Source: an uncultured Chthonomonadaceae bacterium
GTDB taxonomy: Bacteria > Armatimonadota > Chthonomonadetes > Chthonomonadales > Chthonomonadaceae
Assembly: GCA_963835065.1 (NCBI GenBank)
Contig: CAWIEK010000041.1
Location: 128,001-192,000, forward strand
Length of the DNA stretch: 64,000 nt
Direction: 5' to 3'
In this document: positions 52,224 to 60,875 of the stretch, piece by piece
How positions within the stretch are numbered: position 1 is the stretch's first letter
Layout: each line of letters opens with the position of its first letter
Notes under the pieces: model-generated
What the model was told of the DNA's origin: nothing
What the model saw: only the letters and a program-made list of their open reading frames with translations
The model's database searches: none
Program-made: the position numbers and the translations under genes

Positions 52224-54047
52224 ATGTACCTGCGCAATTCGCAAAACTCACATAACAATCCTTTCTTCAGGGAAAACGTCATCAGGAAAAACGCGCTTCG
52301 GGGTTGGCAAAGCAAGAACTCTGTTACCCGCTTTGCGGCGCTGACGGGAGCGGCGGCTTTGTTGCTGTTGGGGAGCGCATCCGGCGTTCGGGCGCAGGGC
52401 ATCAGCGTCACGGTCAACGGGCAGCCGGTGCAGTTCAAGGACATCGGCCCGCAGCAGATTGACGGACGCACCCTCGTTCCCGTGCGCGGCGTTCTGGAAA
52501 AGCTCGGCGCGACCATCGCTTATCTGCCGCAAACGCAAACCGTTGTCGCCAGCACGGCGAAAATAGATATTCAGTTAAAAATCGGCTCCAAAATCGCGGT
52601 TGTCAATGGCAACAATGTCACGCTCGATGTGGCCGCGCAGGAGATACACGACCATACGTTTGTCCCTCTGCGCTTTTTAGGCGAAGCGTTGGGAGCGGAC
52701 GTGGGCTGGGACGCGGCAACGCATACGGTGCGGATTATCACCAAAGACGCCCTGAACGCGAGCAGCGGACAGCCCGCCCGTCCGGCAGGCAATGACCGCC
52801 CGCCCCATCGAGATGACCATCCGCCGCGCAGGGACGACGCGGATAAAGGCCCCGCTCCGGTTATCAACTCATTTACGCAGGACGCGCCCGGCTGGCTGCG
52901 AAGCGGCGCGACCCTGCATGTTACTATGGATGGCACACCGGGCGGGCAGGCGGATTTTCGCGTTCCCGGCCTTGTGGAAGATATTCCCATGCGCGAAGCG
53001 TCGCGGGGGCATTACGTCGGCGCGTGGCAAGTTCCGTCCGATAAGCCGCTGCAATTGCGTTCGGCAGCCGTGATCGGCAGCCTGAAAGTGGGCGGCAGAA
53101 TGGCTCCCATGATACAGGCGGGGCAAACGCTGGCCGTAGACGCCATGCCGCCACAAATCCGGGACCGCGCTCCCGAAGAAGCCGCCCGCGTCAACGATCC
53201 GCGCCCCGGCATTTCCGCCATTTTCGAGGACGAAGGCAGCGGCATAGACCGCAACTCGGTACGCTTATTGCTCAATGGGCAGGATGTCACTGCGCAGGCG
53301 ACCATAACGCGCGATTTCATTTCGTTCCGGCCTGCCGCGCCCCTGCCTGCCGGCCCGCAAACGGTGGAATTGCGCGTGATGGATGTGGCGGGCAACCGCT
53401 CCACTGCCCGATGGACGTTTGCCGAGCAAGCGCGGGAAGCGGGCGGCATCCGGGCGGTCAGCGACAACGCCACCCATCCGCTGCAGCCCGGAGATTCGCT
53501 GAATGTCGCGTTAAACGGCTCACCCGGTGGACAGGCGACATTCAGCGTGGGCAACATTCAGGACGTGGCTATGCGCGAAGAGCAGCCCGGACATTACGCC
53601 TGCAATTACACGGTTCGGCGCGGCGATGACGCAGACGGCAAGCCGATCCTTTTCCGCCTGCAAACCCCCGATGGACAGCGCTTTCAGCAGTCCTCGCAAA
53701 ACGCGCTGCGCATCCACACGGGCAAGCCTGCCGCGCCGTTGATTGTCTCGCCCGGCCCGAACGAAGCGCCCGGCAACCCGCTCACAGTGCGCGGAACCGC
53801 GTCGCCCCACAGCAAAGTGCATGTCCGGGTGAATTACAGCAACAAGGCGCTCGGTCTGATTACCTTGCAGGGAACAGCGGCGGATACCGTTGTACGGGCG
53901 GATAGAGAAGGCCACTGGCAGACAGCGCCCATCAACATCGGCAGCATTTTGGGAAATCGGGGCGTGGAGTATACGATTGCAGCGACAGCCGCCAACGACG
54001 CGGGCGAGCAGTCCGAACCAACAACGGCGCGTTTCCGTATCCGGTAG
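52224..54047 (+). CDS. Secreted protein: copper amine oxidase N-terminal (stalk) domain + Ig-like modules
   Basis: Signal peptide; GRTLVPVRGVLEKLGA...TFVPLRFLGEALGADVGWD; two copies of the L.xG..L.V...G.PGGQA.F......MRE...GHY module. Confidence 0.88.
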   Translation: MYLRNSQNSHNNPFFRENVIRKNALRGWQSKNSVTRFAALTGAAALLLLGSASGVRAQGISVTVNGQPVQFKDIGPQQIDGRTLVPVRGVLEKLGATIAYLPQTQTVVASTAKIDIQLKIGSKIAVVNGNNVTLDVAAQEIHDHTFVPLRFLGEALGADVGWDAATHTVRIITKDALNASSGQPARPAGNDRPPHRDDHPPRRDDADKGPAPVINSFTQDAPGWLRSGATLHVTMDGTPGGQADFRVPGLVEDIPMREASRGHYVGAWQVPSDKPLQLRSAAVIGSLKVGGRMAPMIQAGQTLAVDAMPPQIRDRAPEEAARVNDPRPGISAIFEDEGSGIDRNSVRLLLNGQDVTAQATITRDFISFRPAAPLPAGPQTVELRVMDVAGNRSTARWTFAEQAREAGGIRAVSDNATHPLQPGDSLNVALNGSPGGQATFSVGNIQDVAMREEQPGHYACNYTVRRGDDADGKPILFRLQTPDGQRFQQSSQNALRIHTGKPAAPLIVSPGPNEAPGNPLTVRGTASPHSKVHVRVNYSNKALGLITLQGTAADTVVRADREGHWQTAPINIGSILGNRGVEYTIAATAANDAGEQSEPTTARFRIR

Positions 54048-54262
54048 AAAGCAGGTTATGCTAACAGCGTGTCAGAACTAGGGGATCGGCGCGGCAAGCA
54101 GCGCCCCTACAACACGAACTTCTCATACACCGTTAGTATAGAAGCGGGCGGGCAGGGCAAATTCCTTTTGCTGACATGGCAAGGCTCATATAGCAGAAGG
54201 AGTTTGCCTGCGCATACTTTCACCGGCGCAGGCTTCAAACGTATGTCTTCAGAGGAGACGCA

Positions 54263-54667
54263 ATGAGCGCGATCAAGGAATTTCAAACGTTTATACTGCG
54301 TGGCAATGTGGTTGACCTGGCGGTCGGCGTGGTCATTGGCGCGGCGTTTACGGGTGTCGTGACGGCGTTCACCAAAGACATCATCACGCCCATCATCGGC
54401 ATTCCCGGCAAAATGAATTTCAGCGAGTATGCCTTCACCATCAACGGCAGCAAGTTCCTGATAGGCGAATTCCTCAACACGCTCATCAGTTTTGTGCTGA
54501 CCGCGCTGGTAGTCTTCTTCCTTGTCGTTCGGCCTGTCAACTGGCTGGTGGCGCGGCGCAAGGTGGACACGCCCGCCGAAGAAACCACCCGCGAATGTCC
54601 GCAATGCCTGAGCAAAATCCCCCTCAAAGCCACGCGCTGCGCGTTCTGCACGTCGGAAGTTAGTTGA
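54263..54667 (+). CDS. mscL: Large-conductance mechanosensitive channel with C-terminal zinc ribbon
   Basis: KEFQTFILRGNVVDLAVGVVIGAAF; CPQC...CAFC. Confidence 0.95.
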   Translation: MSAIKEFQTFILRGNVVDLAVGVVIGAAFTGVVTAFTKDIITPIIGIPGKMNFSEYAFTINGSKFLIGEFLNTLISFVLTALVVFFLVVRPVNWLVARRKVDTPAEETTRECPQCLSKIPLKATRCAFCTSEVS

Positions 54668-54738
54668 AGGTTGAGAGTTGAAGGTTGAGAGTTGAGAGTT
54701 GAGGGTTTACTGCCGCACATGTAGTGTTATTCCAACGT

Positions 54739-54936
54739 TTACTCTTTGAAGTCTTCTAATGGCGCGTCGAAATCGTCCGCCATGTAGAGAATATCGTCTT
54801 TCGCGCTGCCAAATACCGGCTGAGGACGCAGAACAGCGCTTTGTAGGAGGCGGTTGGCGATTCTCTGTTTCTGCTCCTCCTGCAATTGTTCCAGCAGGGC
54901 AAATACCTGCGCATCCGTCAGTTCTAAAGTTGCCAT
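54739..54936 (-). CDS. DUF2281-like antitoxin (orphan)
   Basis: AAGGGAG RBS; FGSAK...MADDFDAPLEDFKE. No PIN toxin downstream. Confidence 0.8.
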   Translation of the reverse strand: MATLELTDAQVFALLEQLQEEQKQRIANRLLQSAVLRPQPVFGSAKDDILYMADDFDAPLEDFKE

Positions 54937-55491
54937 GACTGCTCCCTTCCTGCAATCTACACTACCCACTATATTATAGCGCGTTGCTCACAAATTCGCC
55001 ATACGGCGAAAACCTCTACCAGGGCTGGCATATCTAAAATGCTCAACATCTATCCCGTCGTGGTACATCCACCAGTGGACTGCGCCTGCTCCCTCCTTCG
55101 GGTGGACCAATCCAAAAAGAACGCGCAAAAAAGTAGAAAAAAATCTACACAAACAACAGAAACAACGAACCTTCTCTGCCTCCAACTCGTCTAAGTACAT
55201 ACGCACGTCTACATAATAGAGACTGCTAACTAGCCAGGTGGCGGGACGTTGAAGATCATAGTTCCTATCAACTATCAACTATCAACTATCAACTAACCCG
55301 GAAGGGAGGTGCTGGAAGATGCCTGGTCACTCTCCCCGTTCGCCCTGACGCTTACGAGGTCGCGACGCCTCTTCCTTTCACAACTTGACACAACGAGACA
55401 TCGGGCTGGAAGCGCTGTATTGCCAAGATTTCGACGATGACTCTACATACTCTTTTTCTTTTCCCATTTAGAGGCCCCGGCCTTGAAACCT

Positions 55492-57261
55492 CTACGATGT
55501 TTTCGGGCGTGGGGAGGACAGGCCGAACAGTTGGAAGAGTTCGTCGGCGGTCAGGGCGTTGGAAATGTCGAGCGTCACGTCGTCTACCAGATCGGCGAAC
55601 AGTTTGCGCTTGGATTTCAGGGTTTCGTCAATGCGCTCCTCAATGGTGTTGGCGCAGATGTAGCGGTACACGGTGACGGGGAAGGGCTGGCCCATGCGGT
55701 GGGCGCGGCTGTCGGCCTGCTCCTCAATGGCCGGGTTCCACCAGCGATCCAGATGAAACACGTAGGACGCGGCCTGCAAGTTTAAGCCCACGCCGCCCGC
55801 CCGCAACGAGAGCAGTAAGGCTTTGTACATGGGATCGGTCATAAAGCGGTTCACCACTTCGGCGCGTCTCCCCGGTGACAGACTGCCCGTAAATTCCAAT
55901 GGACGAAACGCTTTGAGAACCTGCGCCAATTTGCCGACGCCGAACGTTTCGTCCGTAAACTGCGAAAAGATCAGGGCGCGGTGTCCCTCCTGCGTCAAGG
56001 TTTCCATGCGCTGCGCAATGTCGCGCAGTTTGGCCAACTCGCCACTGGCGGGGTCCACGTTGCAAATCTGCTTCAAGCGCGTAATCAGTTCCAGAACATG
56101 CGTAATGGTCAAGTCCGCGCCGTAGTGCGCCAATCGCAAAATGCCCTCTTTTTCCGCGCGGTCGTATGCCATGCGCTGCAAGGGCGGAAGTTCCAATACC
56201 AGTTCGTGAATGCGTTTGGGCGGCAGGTCGCGCAGCACGTCCTGCTTTTTGCGCCGCAGTTGTACAGCCCGCAACTGCGCCACAATCTCGGCGGGCGCAG
56301 ACGGCAAGGAAAACGGCTGTCCCGGTTCGCCATGCAAAAATTCCAGCAGGGAAACAATATCATCCAGGCTGTTTTCCAGCGGCGTTCCCGTCAGCGCCCA
56401 TCGCCGCAGTCGCCGCAAACGCTTGCAGGCAATCGCATTGCCCGACTCGCGGTTTTTAATGCGCGACGCTTCATCCAAAACCACTACATCCCACGTTTGG
56501 CGCGAAACGGGGCTGTCGGCGATTTCCACCACGTCCATGCGCAGGGTTTCGTAACTGACCAGCCGAACATGGGCGGGAACGCGCCACAGATTGCTGCGCT
56601 CCCCCGCCGCGCCGCTGATGGTGACAGCCTGCAAATCCGGCGCCCACCGCGTCAACTCCCGCCTCCACTGCGCCAGAAGCGAAGCCGGCACAACCACAAG
56701 CGCCGAACCGATGCGTTGCTGAAAAAACAGGATACGCAATGCGGCAACCGCTTGAATCCCCTTGCCCAGTCCCATATCGTCGGCGAGCAGCAGTTCGCGG
56801 CGGGACAATAAAGCGGCAATGCCGTCCTGTTGGTAGGGCAGCAGGGGCGCGGGCCATTCCAAAACGCCGTTTGGCGCGGTGAGATGGGAAAGCGGGGGTT
56901 GCAAGCGGGCGGCAAGGCGGCGCAGGAAATCGTCTTCGGAAGAAAGCGGGCGCGCGGGAGACGGGATTGGGTCGTCTTCGAGTTCGCCCTCGCGGAAGGC
57001 GGGAATCTCATCCCACATATTTTGCAGGTCGAACCAGCCGATAGGGTAGGCGCGGGCGGCGGCCATTTCCAAACCGGCGCTGTCGCCAATCGCGGGCAAT
57101 CCCGGCAACAACTGCCCTGCCGGACGGACACGAGCAAGCCCGACGCGAAAATCTTCGATGGCAAGGGCAACCGGCGCGGGAACGTCGGGCGACCACTCGC
57201 GTCCCAAGCCGGGTACGCGCCCGGATACGGTTGGCTTCGGCTTGCGCGTAAACGGAATCAC
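55492..57261 (-). CDS. SNF2-family helicase/ATPase
   Basis: LLPYQ, LLADDMGLGKG (Walker A Thr replaced by Gly), VVLDEASRIKN, LTGTPLEN, RRKK, RLKQICN, LIFSQF, AGGVGLNL, WWNPA.E.QA..RAHRMGQ. Confidence 0.95.
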   Translation of the reverse strand: MIPFTRKPKPTVSGRVPGLGREWSPDVPAPVALAIEDFRVGLARVRPAGQLLPGLPAIGDSAGLEMAAARAYPIGWFDLQNMWDEIPAFREGELEDDPIPSPARPLSSEDDFLRRLAARLQPPLSHLTAPNGVLEWPAPLLPYQQDGIAALLSRRELLLADDMGLGKGIQAVAALRILFFQQRIGSALVVVPASLLAQWRRELTRWAPDLQAVTISGAAGERSNLWRVPAHVRLVSYETLRMDVVEIADSPVSRQTWDVVVLDEASRIKNRESGNAIACKRLRRLRRWALTGTPLENSLDDIVSLLEFLHGEPGQPFSLPSAPAEIVAQLRAVQLRRKKQDVLRDLPPKRIHELVLELPPLQRMAYDRAEKEGILRLAHYGADLTITHVLELITRLKQICNVDPASGELAKLRDIAQRMETLTQEGHRALIFSQFTDETFGVGKLAQVLKAFRPLEFTGSLSPGRRAEVVNRFMTDPMYKALLLSLRAGGVGLNLQAASYVFHLDRWWNPAIEEQADSRAHRMGQPFPVTVYRYICANTIEERIDETLKSKRKLFADLVDDVTLDISNALTADELFQLFGLSSPRPKTS

Positions 57262-57863
57262 GTTTCGCGCTCCCCCGTCGGAACGCGCCTGCTTGTTGAA
57301 GCCGATGCAGCAACGTTTGTCGCCGAATTCGTACCGCGCGTTCCGCTTCCGCTTTGAAACGCTTCCGGGTAGGCAAGGCGCAGGCCGTCGCGCAGGCGGG
57401 CAAACGGCTCCTCGACAAACCCGCGCTTCGCCAGATGCTCGTACAGCGCGTGCGCCCTCATGCCCGATGCGGGCGGCTCATTAATCCAGCTCCACGCAAG
57501 CGGCGCGTCCGGTTCTCCTTCCGCGACCTGGGCAAATGGAATGGACGGAGCCAGTTCGTCACGGCAAAAATCGGGCGTACCGAGCGTGTCCTTGCACACC
57601 AGCAAATCGGGTTCGCGCTGGCAGGCATCAAACAGGGAATGTACCAGCACAACCGTACCCACCGCCCGAACTTTCTCTTCCGGCCACAAAAACCCGCCCG
57701 GCGCATCCACCACATTGTGAACGAATTCCAGCGGCTGCCCCCGCCCGTCAATCAGCAGCAGCGCCCCCACCAACTGCCGCGCCGAACGCGCCCGCTGCAC
57801 GTCCACAAACGCGGCAATCCCCTCCTGCGCGGCGCGCGGCAATTTTCGATAGGGTACGGGCAT
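57258..57863 (-). CDS. Hypothetical protein translationally coupled to SNF2 helicase
   Basis: 201 aa with a 4-bp GTGA overlap with the SNF2 start; GALLLIDGRGQPLEF, EPDLLVC, EPFARL. Confidence 0.8.
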   Translation of the reverse strand: MPVPYRKLPRAAQEGIAAFVDVQRARSARQLVGALLLIDGRGQPLEFVHNVVDAPGGFLWPEEKVRAVGTVVLVHSLFDACQREPDLLVCKDTLGTPDFCRDELAPSIPFAQVAEGEPDAPLAWSWINEPPASGMRAHALYEHLAKRGFVEEPFARLRDGLRLAYPEAFQSGSGTRGTNSATNVAASASTSRRVPTGERET

Positions 57864-57917
57864 TACTCACTCGTTTCTTCGGCAGCTTCGGCTTCGGCAA
57901 GGGTTTGGTCGGCGATT
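57863..57917 (-). repeat. Displaced 3' end of the DUF2791 ATPase gene; contains a 33-bp direct repeat (57885-57917) of 59513-59545
   Basis: GCTTCGGCTTCGGCAAGGGTTTGGTCGGCGATT vs GCTTCGGCTTCGGCAAGGGTTTGATCGGAGATT (31/33). Encodes IADQTLAEAEAAEETSE* with a TAATG overlap into the 201-aa gene. Confidence 0.88.
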
Positions 57918-57954
57918 CAGTGTTTCGCTTTTAGCAGAAAATTTTGTACGCGGC

Positions 57955-58302
57955 TTATATTATCGGGTTGGTGAGAGTATGCACTGTCGTCAAAACAGCC
58001 AACAGTTTTTCTGTTTTTAATGTGCCTACTCTTTTGGTTATAAGCGCCTCATCCGCAGTAAACAAGTATGTCGGCCTTATATAACAACGCTTGTTCAAAG
58101 TACCGCCTTCTATATCCCCTGCTTCTACTTCAATAATGCCCGGCGTTGGCACTGATTGGGTTGTTACCGCACAAACAAGATAATGTTCGCTTGCATTGTA
58201 AGGCCAGGACGCTAAAACTAAGACAGGCCGGTTTTTGAAACCGGCGGATTCAGTAAACGGAAATGGAACAACCACAACATCTCCCTTCACAAATCGCGCC
58301 AA
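57955..58302 (-). CDS. PemK/MazF family toxin
   Basis: KGDVVVVPFPFT....KNRPVLVLA; lower GC than flanks. Confidence 0.9.
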   Translation of the reverse strand: MARFVKGDVVVVPFPFTESAGFKNRPVLVLASWPYNASEHYLVCAVTTQSVPTPGIIEVEAGDIEGGTLNKRCYIRPTYLFTADEALITKRVGTLKTEKLLAVLTTVHTLTNPII

Positions 58303-58547
58303 GCCTCATCCTCCTCCGGCGTATCCCACAATTGTCGAAGCGTGTACTCACTAGCCAAAGCCGTACCTTTTACTAAGAGACTATCATCAAGCATCTCCCA
58401 ATCATCCAAAACTACGTCTGATTGAGAAGTATTAGATAAGGGAGCAACAGGCGTAATTTTTGTGCCCGTGCCTTCCGCAGATATGTGTAAAGAGGAAGCG
58501 GATTTTCTTTTACGCGAAAGTTTTCGGCGAACATCTACAGCAGCCAT
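58287..58547 (-). CDS. Putative antitoxin of the MazF-type toxin
   Basis: GGAGG RBS; C-terminal ASE..L...WDTPEEDEAWRDL; overlaps the toxin start. Confidence 0.82.
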   Translation of the reverse strand: MAAVDVRRKLSRKRKSASSLHISAEGTGTKITPVAPLSNTSQSDVVLDDWEMLDDSLLVKGTALASEYTLRQLWDTPEEDEAWRDL

Positions 58548-58688
58548 ATTTCTATCCTCCGACACGCAGACATACAATTATAGAATTATTGTGTCACGAT
58601 TTCCTTCTAATGTCAAAGAACAACCGTTGATTGCGTAGCTCTTTGAGGAGACAGGCGTTAGCCACCGGCGTAAGGGGCATGTCTGAAC

Positions 58689-59313
58689 TCAGGCGGCGGC
58701 TTTTTGCAGCATTTCGCCGACAAACGTTTTTAGTTGGCAGGCGAACGGATGCTGCCGCAACGCGCTGAAATCCAAATGCGCCAGCTGGCTTTCAAGCGCC
58801 TGTGTAAATGCGTCGGGCGAGGACACTTGCATGGCTTGCATCAGGATTTGCCGGGGCACATATTGACCGCGTATGAATTGTTCCTCCGTAAGCGGGTGTC
58901 CGACAAGCGCCTCCACGATGTTTCTATCGGAGAACAGCAATGCCTCTATGCTGGGAACCGCCAGAAGTATTCGCCACCGTGAACGCGCCGCCACTTGTCC
59001 CATCGCGTCTTCCAGAAATTCCTCTTGTGTACGAATGTTCTGCGCGTCGGAAGAGTTGGCGTTCAAGACTAACATAGTTGGCTGACGACGCGGCGACAAA
59101 CCAAATACAATCAGCGTCTGCGGGCACGTTCAAGACTAACATAGTTGGCTGACGACGCGCTGCCAGCAAAGAACGCGCCATTGTATCTGCGCTGTCCCGC
59201 CCGCCCGCTGATACTACGCGAATATCATCGCGTTCCAGAGCAAACTTCGGTTTTAGAAGTTCCCGCACATACACAATATCCGATTTACTTTCCACGACGA
59301 TGTAGCATGTCAT
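58689..59313 (-). pseudogene. TOPRIM-like protein disrupted by a 67-bp insertion
   Basis: YIVVESKSD, VVSAGG, MLVLNAN, AVPSIEALLF. Removing one 33-bp repeat plus the 34-bp spacer restores a 185-aa ORF. Confidence 0.75.
59060..59159. repeat. Perfect 33-bp direct repeat separated by a 34-bp unique spacer
   Basis: CGTTCAAGACTAACATAGTTGGCTGACGACGCG at 59060-59092 and 59127-59159; spacer GCGACAAACCAAATACAATCAGCGTCTGCGGGCA. Confidence 0.95.
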
Positions 59314-59490
59314 AGCAGGTGATCCTCCACAAGCAGGTCAGGAAGCCCAAATTCCACAGCATAACGAATTACCTGCTTCCCAATCCGGCAACGGGTCTGC
59401 ATTACGAACAGCAGTCCACAAATCACGCACATCTGAATAGGTATACGCGCTAATCTGCTGCTCATAGTCTCGTGCCAATTCAACTCCTCA

Positions 59491-60732
59491 CTACTCGTTG
59501 GCGTCTTCCGTGGCTTCGGCTTCGGCAAGGGTTTGATCGGAGATTTCGGAGGTGTCGAATTGCACGTCGCCGCTTTCTACATCCGCCGTGTACTCCGGGT
59601 AGTAGCGGTGCAGGTCCCAAAGCGTGATCCATCGGCGGATTTCGGAGCGGATGGTAGTTCGTACCTCGCCGCGAACGCGGGGCAGAAACGGGACGCTGGT
59701 GTTGTATGCCTGCTCATACAGGTTTTTGACCCGGTACTTGACCTGCTCCTCCTGTTCGGGCGTGGGCGATTCCAGATAAAACGGTTTTTTCAGCAAGTTG
59801 ATGCCGCGCAGGGCGCGTAAGTCCCGCTCGTCGGCAGTGCCGCTGCTGCTGTTGACGTTGGCAAGAAACCGCTGCTCGTCGCGCGTGCCGCCGGTAACCG
59901 TATCGTTGATAAACCCCTGTGTCATGGTGAAGACCGGCAAAATCGCGCTGCCCTCCTGTTGCGCCACATCGCTCCACCAGCCCAATTCCTGATATGCGCT
60001 CAAACGCTGCTTGACCGAGAACCTGGCAATACGATCCAACTCGTCGAATAGCACCACCAGCCCTTTGCCGCCGCCTGCCCGGTACAAGCGCGCCAGCAGG
60101 CGGATACGGTCATGCGCAACAAGGGCGTTGCGCGGGCCGCTTAAATCGAAACTGACGAGCGCGCCGAGTTCCTTGAGCTTTTGCCGCACGACCGCTTTGG
60201 GCAAAAACTTGCCCTCGAAATCCTCCAGCACCTGCGCCCGCAGTTCCTCATCCGCCCGGAATTCCTGATAAATATGCAGCAGCGCGCGAAAGCGATCATC
60301 CAGGCCGGCTTCGCGCGTCCACGCTTTGAGATCGTTGAATGCGGTGCTGCTCGTGTTCAAATTAGCGGCGAGAGCGCGCAGGGCTGTGTCCGCGTTGCCG
60401 GGAGCCTGCGCTGCTTCCGCAAGGGTTCGCAGCACAATCGGCGCGTTTCCAAGTGGCATTTCCGGGCTGACGACAACAAAACTCGTGACAAACCCCTGCT
60501 GCGCCGCCACAGCCTGCAAATAATTGAGCAGGTGCGATTTGCCCGCCCCGAAGTTGGCGGAAACCATAATCGGCGCTGCGCCCCGGCCCTCCGCCAGAGC
60601 TTCCAATCCCGCGTCGAACTGCGCCTTCACTTCTGTCTGCGTGGTTCCTAATTGCGTGACCGCATGGCGGCTCGGCACCCCCGACCGCAGCGACTCAATC
60701 GCGCTCCGCGCCGCCACTGCTTCTGCGTCCAT
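59491..60732 (-). CDS. DUF2791/BrxD-like P-loop ATPase
   Basis: AIESLRSGVP, Walker A ANFGAGKSH, GFVTSFV.VSPE.PL, Walker B GLVVLFDELD; GGAGG RBS. Confidence 0.85.
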   Translation of the reverse strand: MDAEAVAARSAIESLRSGVPSRHAVTQLGTTQTEVKAQFDAGLEALAEGRGAAPIMVSANFGAGKSHLLNYLQAVAAQQGFVTSFVVVSPEMPLGNAPIVLRTLAEAAQAPGNADTALRALAANLNTSSTAFNDLKAWTREAGLDDRFRALLHIYQEFRADEELRAQVLEDFEGKFLPKAVVRQKLKELGALVSFDLSGPRNALVAHDRIRLLARLYRAGGGKGLVVLFDELDRIARFSVKQRLSAYQELGWWSDVAQQEGSAILPVFTMTQGFINDTVTGGTRDEQRFLANVNSSSGTADERDLRALRGINLLKKPFYLESPTPEQEEQVKYRVKNLYEQAYNTSVPFLPRVRGEVRTTIRSEIRRWITLWDLHRYYPEYTADVESGDVQFDTSEISDQTLAEAEATEDANE

Positions 60733-60875
60733 TTTCTGCCTCCATTCAAGAAAAGGATGAAGGATGAAGGATGAAGGATGAAGTGGGTGTTAGGTGTTGG
60801 GTATTAGGTGTTGGGGAGTTCTGTTCCCTGTTCCCTGTTTCCTGTTCCCTAAATTCATCCTTCATCCTTCATCCT

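Noticed and set aside
54988..55278. 96-aa minus-strand ORF
   Set aside because: It starts inside a heptamer repeat, has no RBS or recognisable motif, and has atypical composition.
59060..59159. Functional CRISPR array
   Set aside because: Only two repeats, the repeat is coding sequence of the host gene, and there is no leader or cas gene. Kept only as a possible off-target integration scar.
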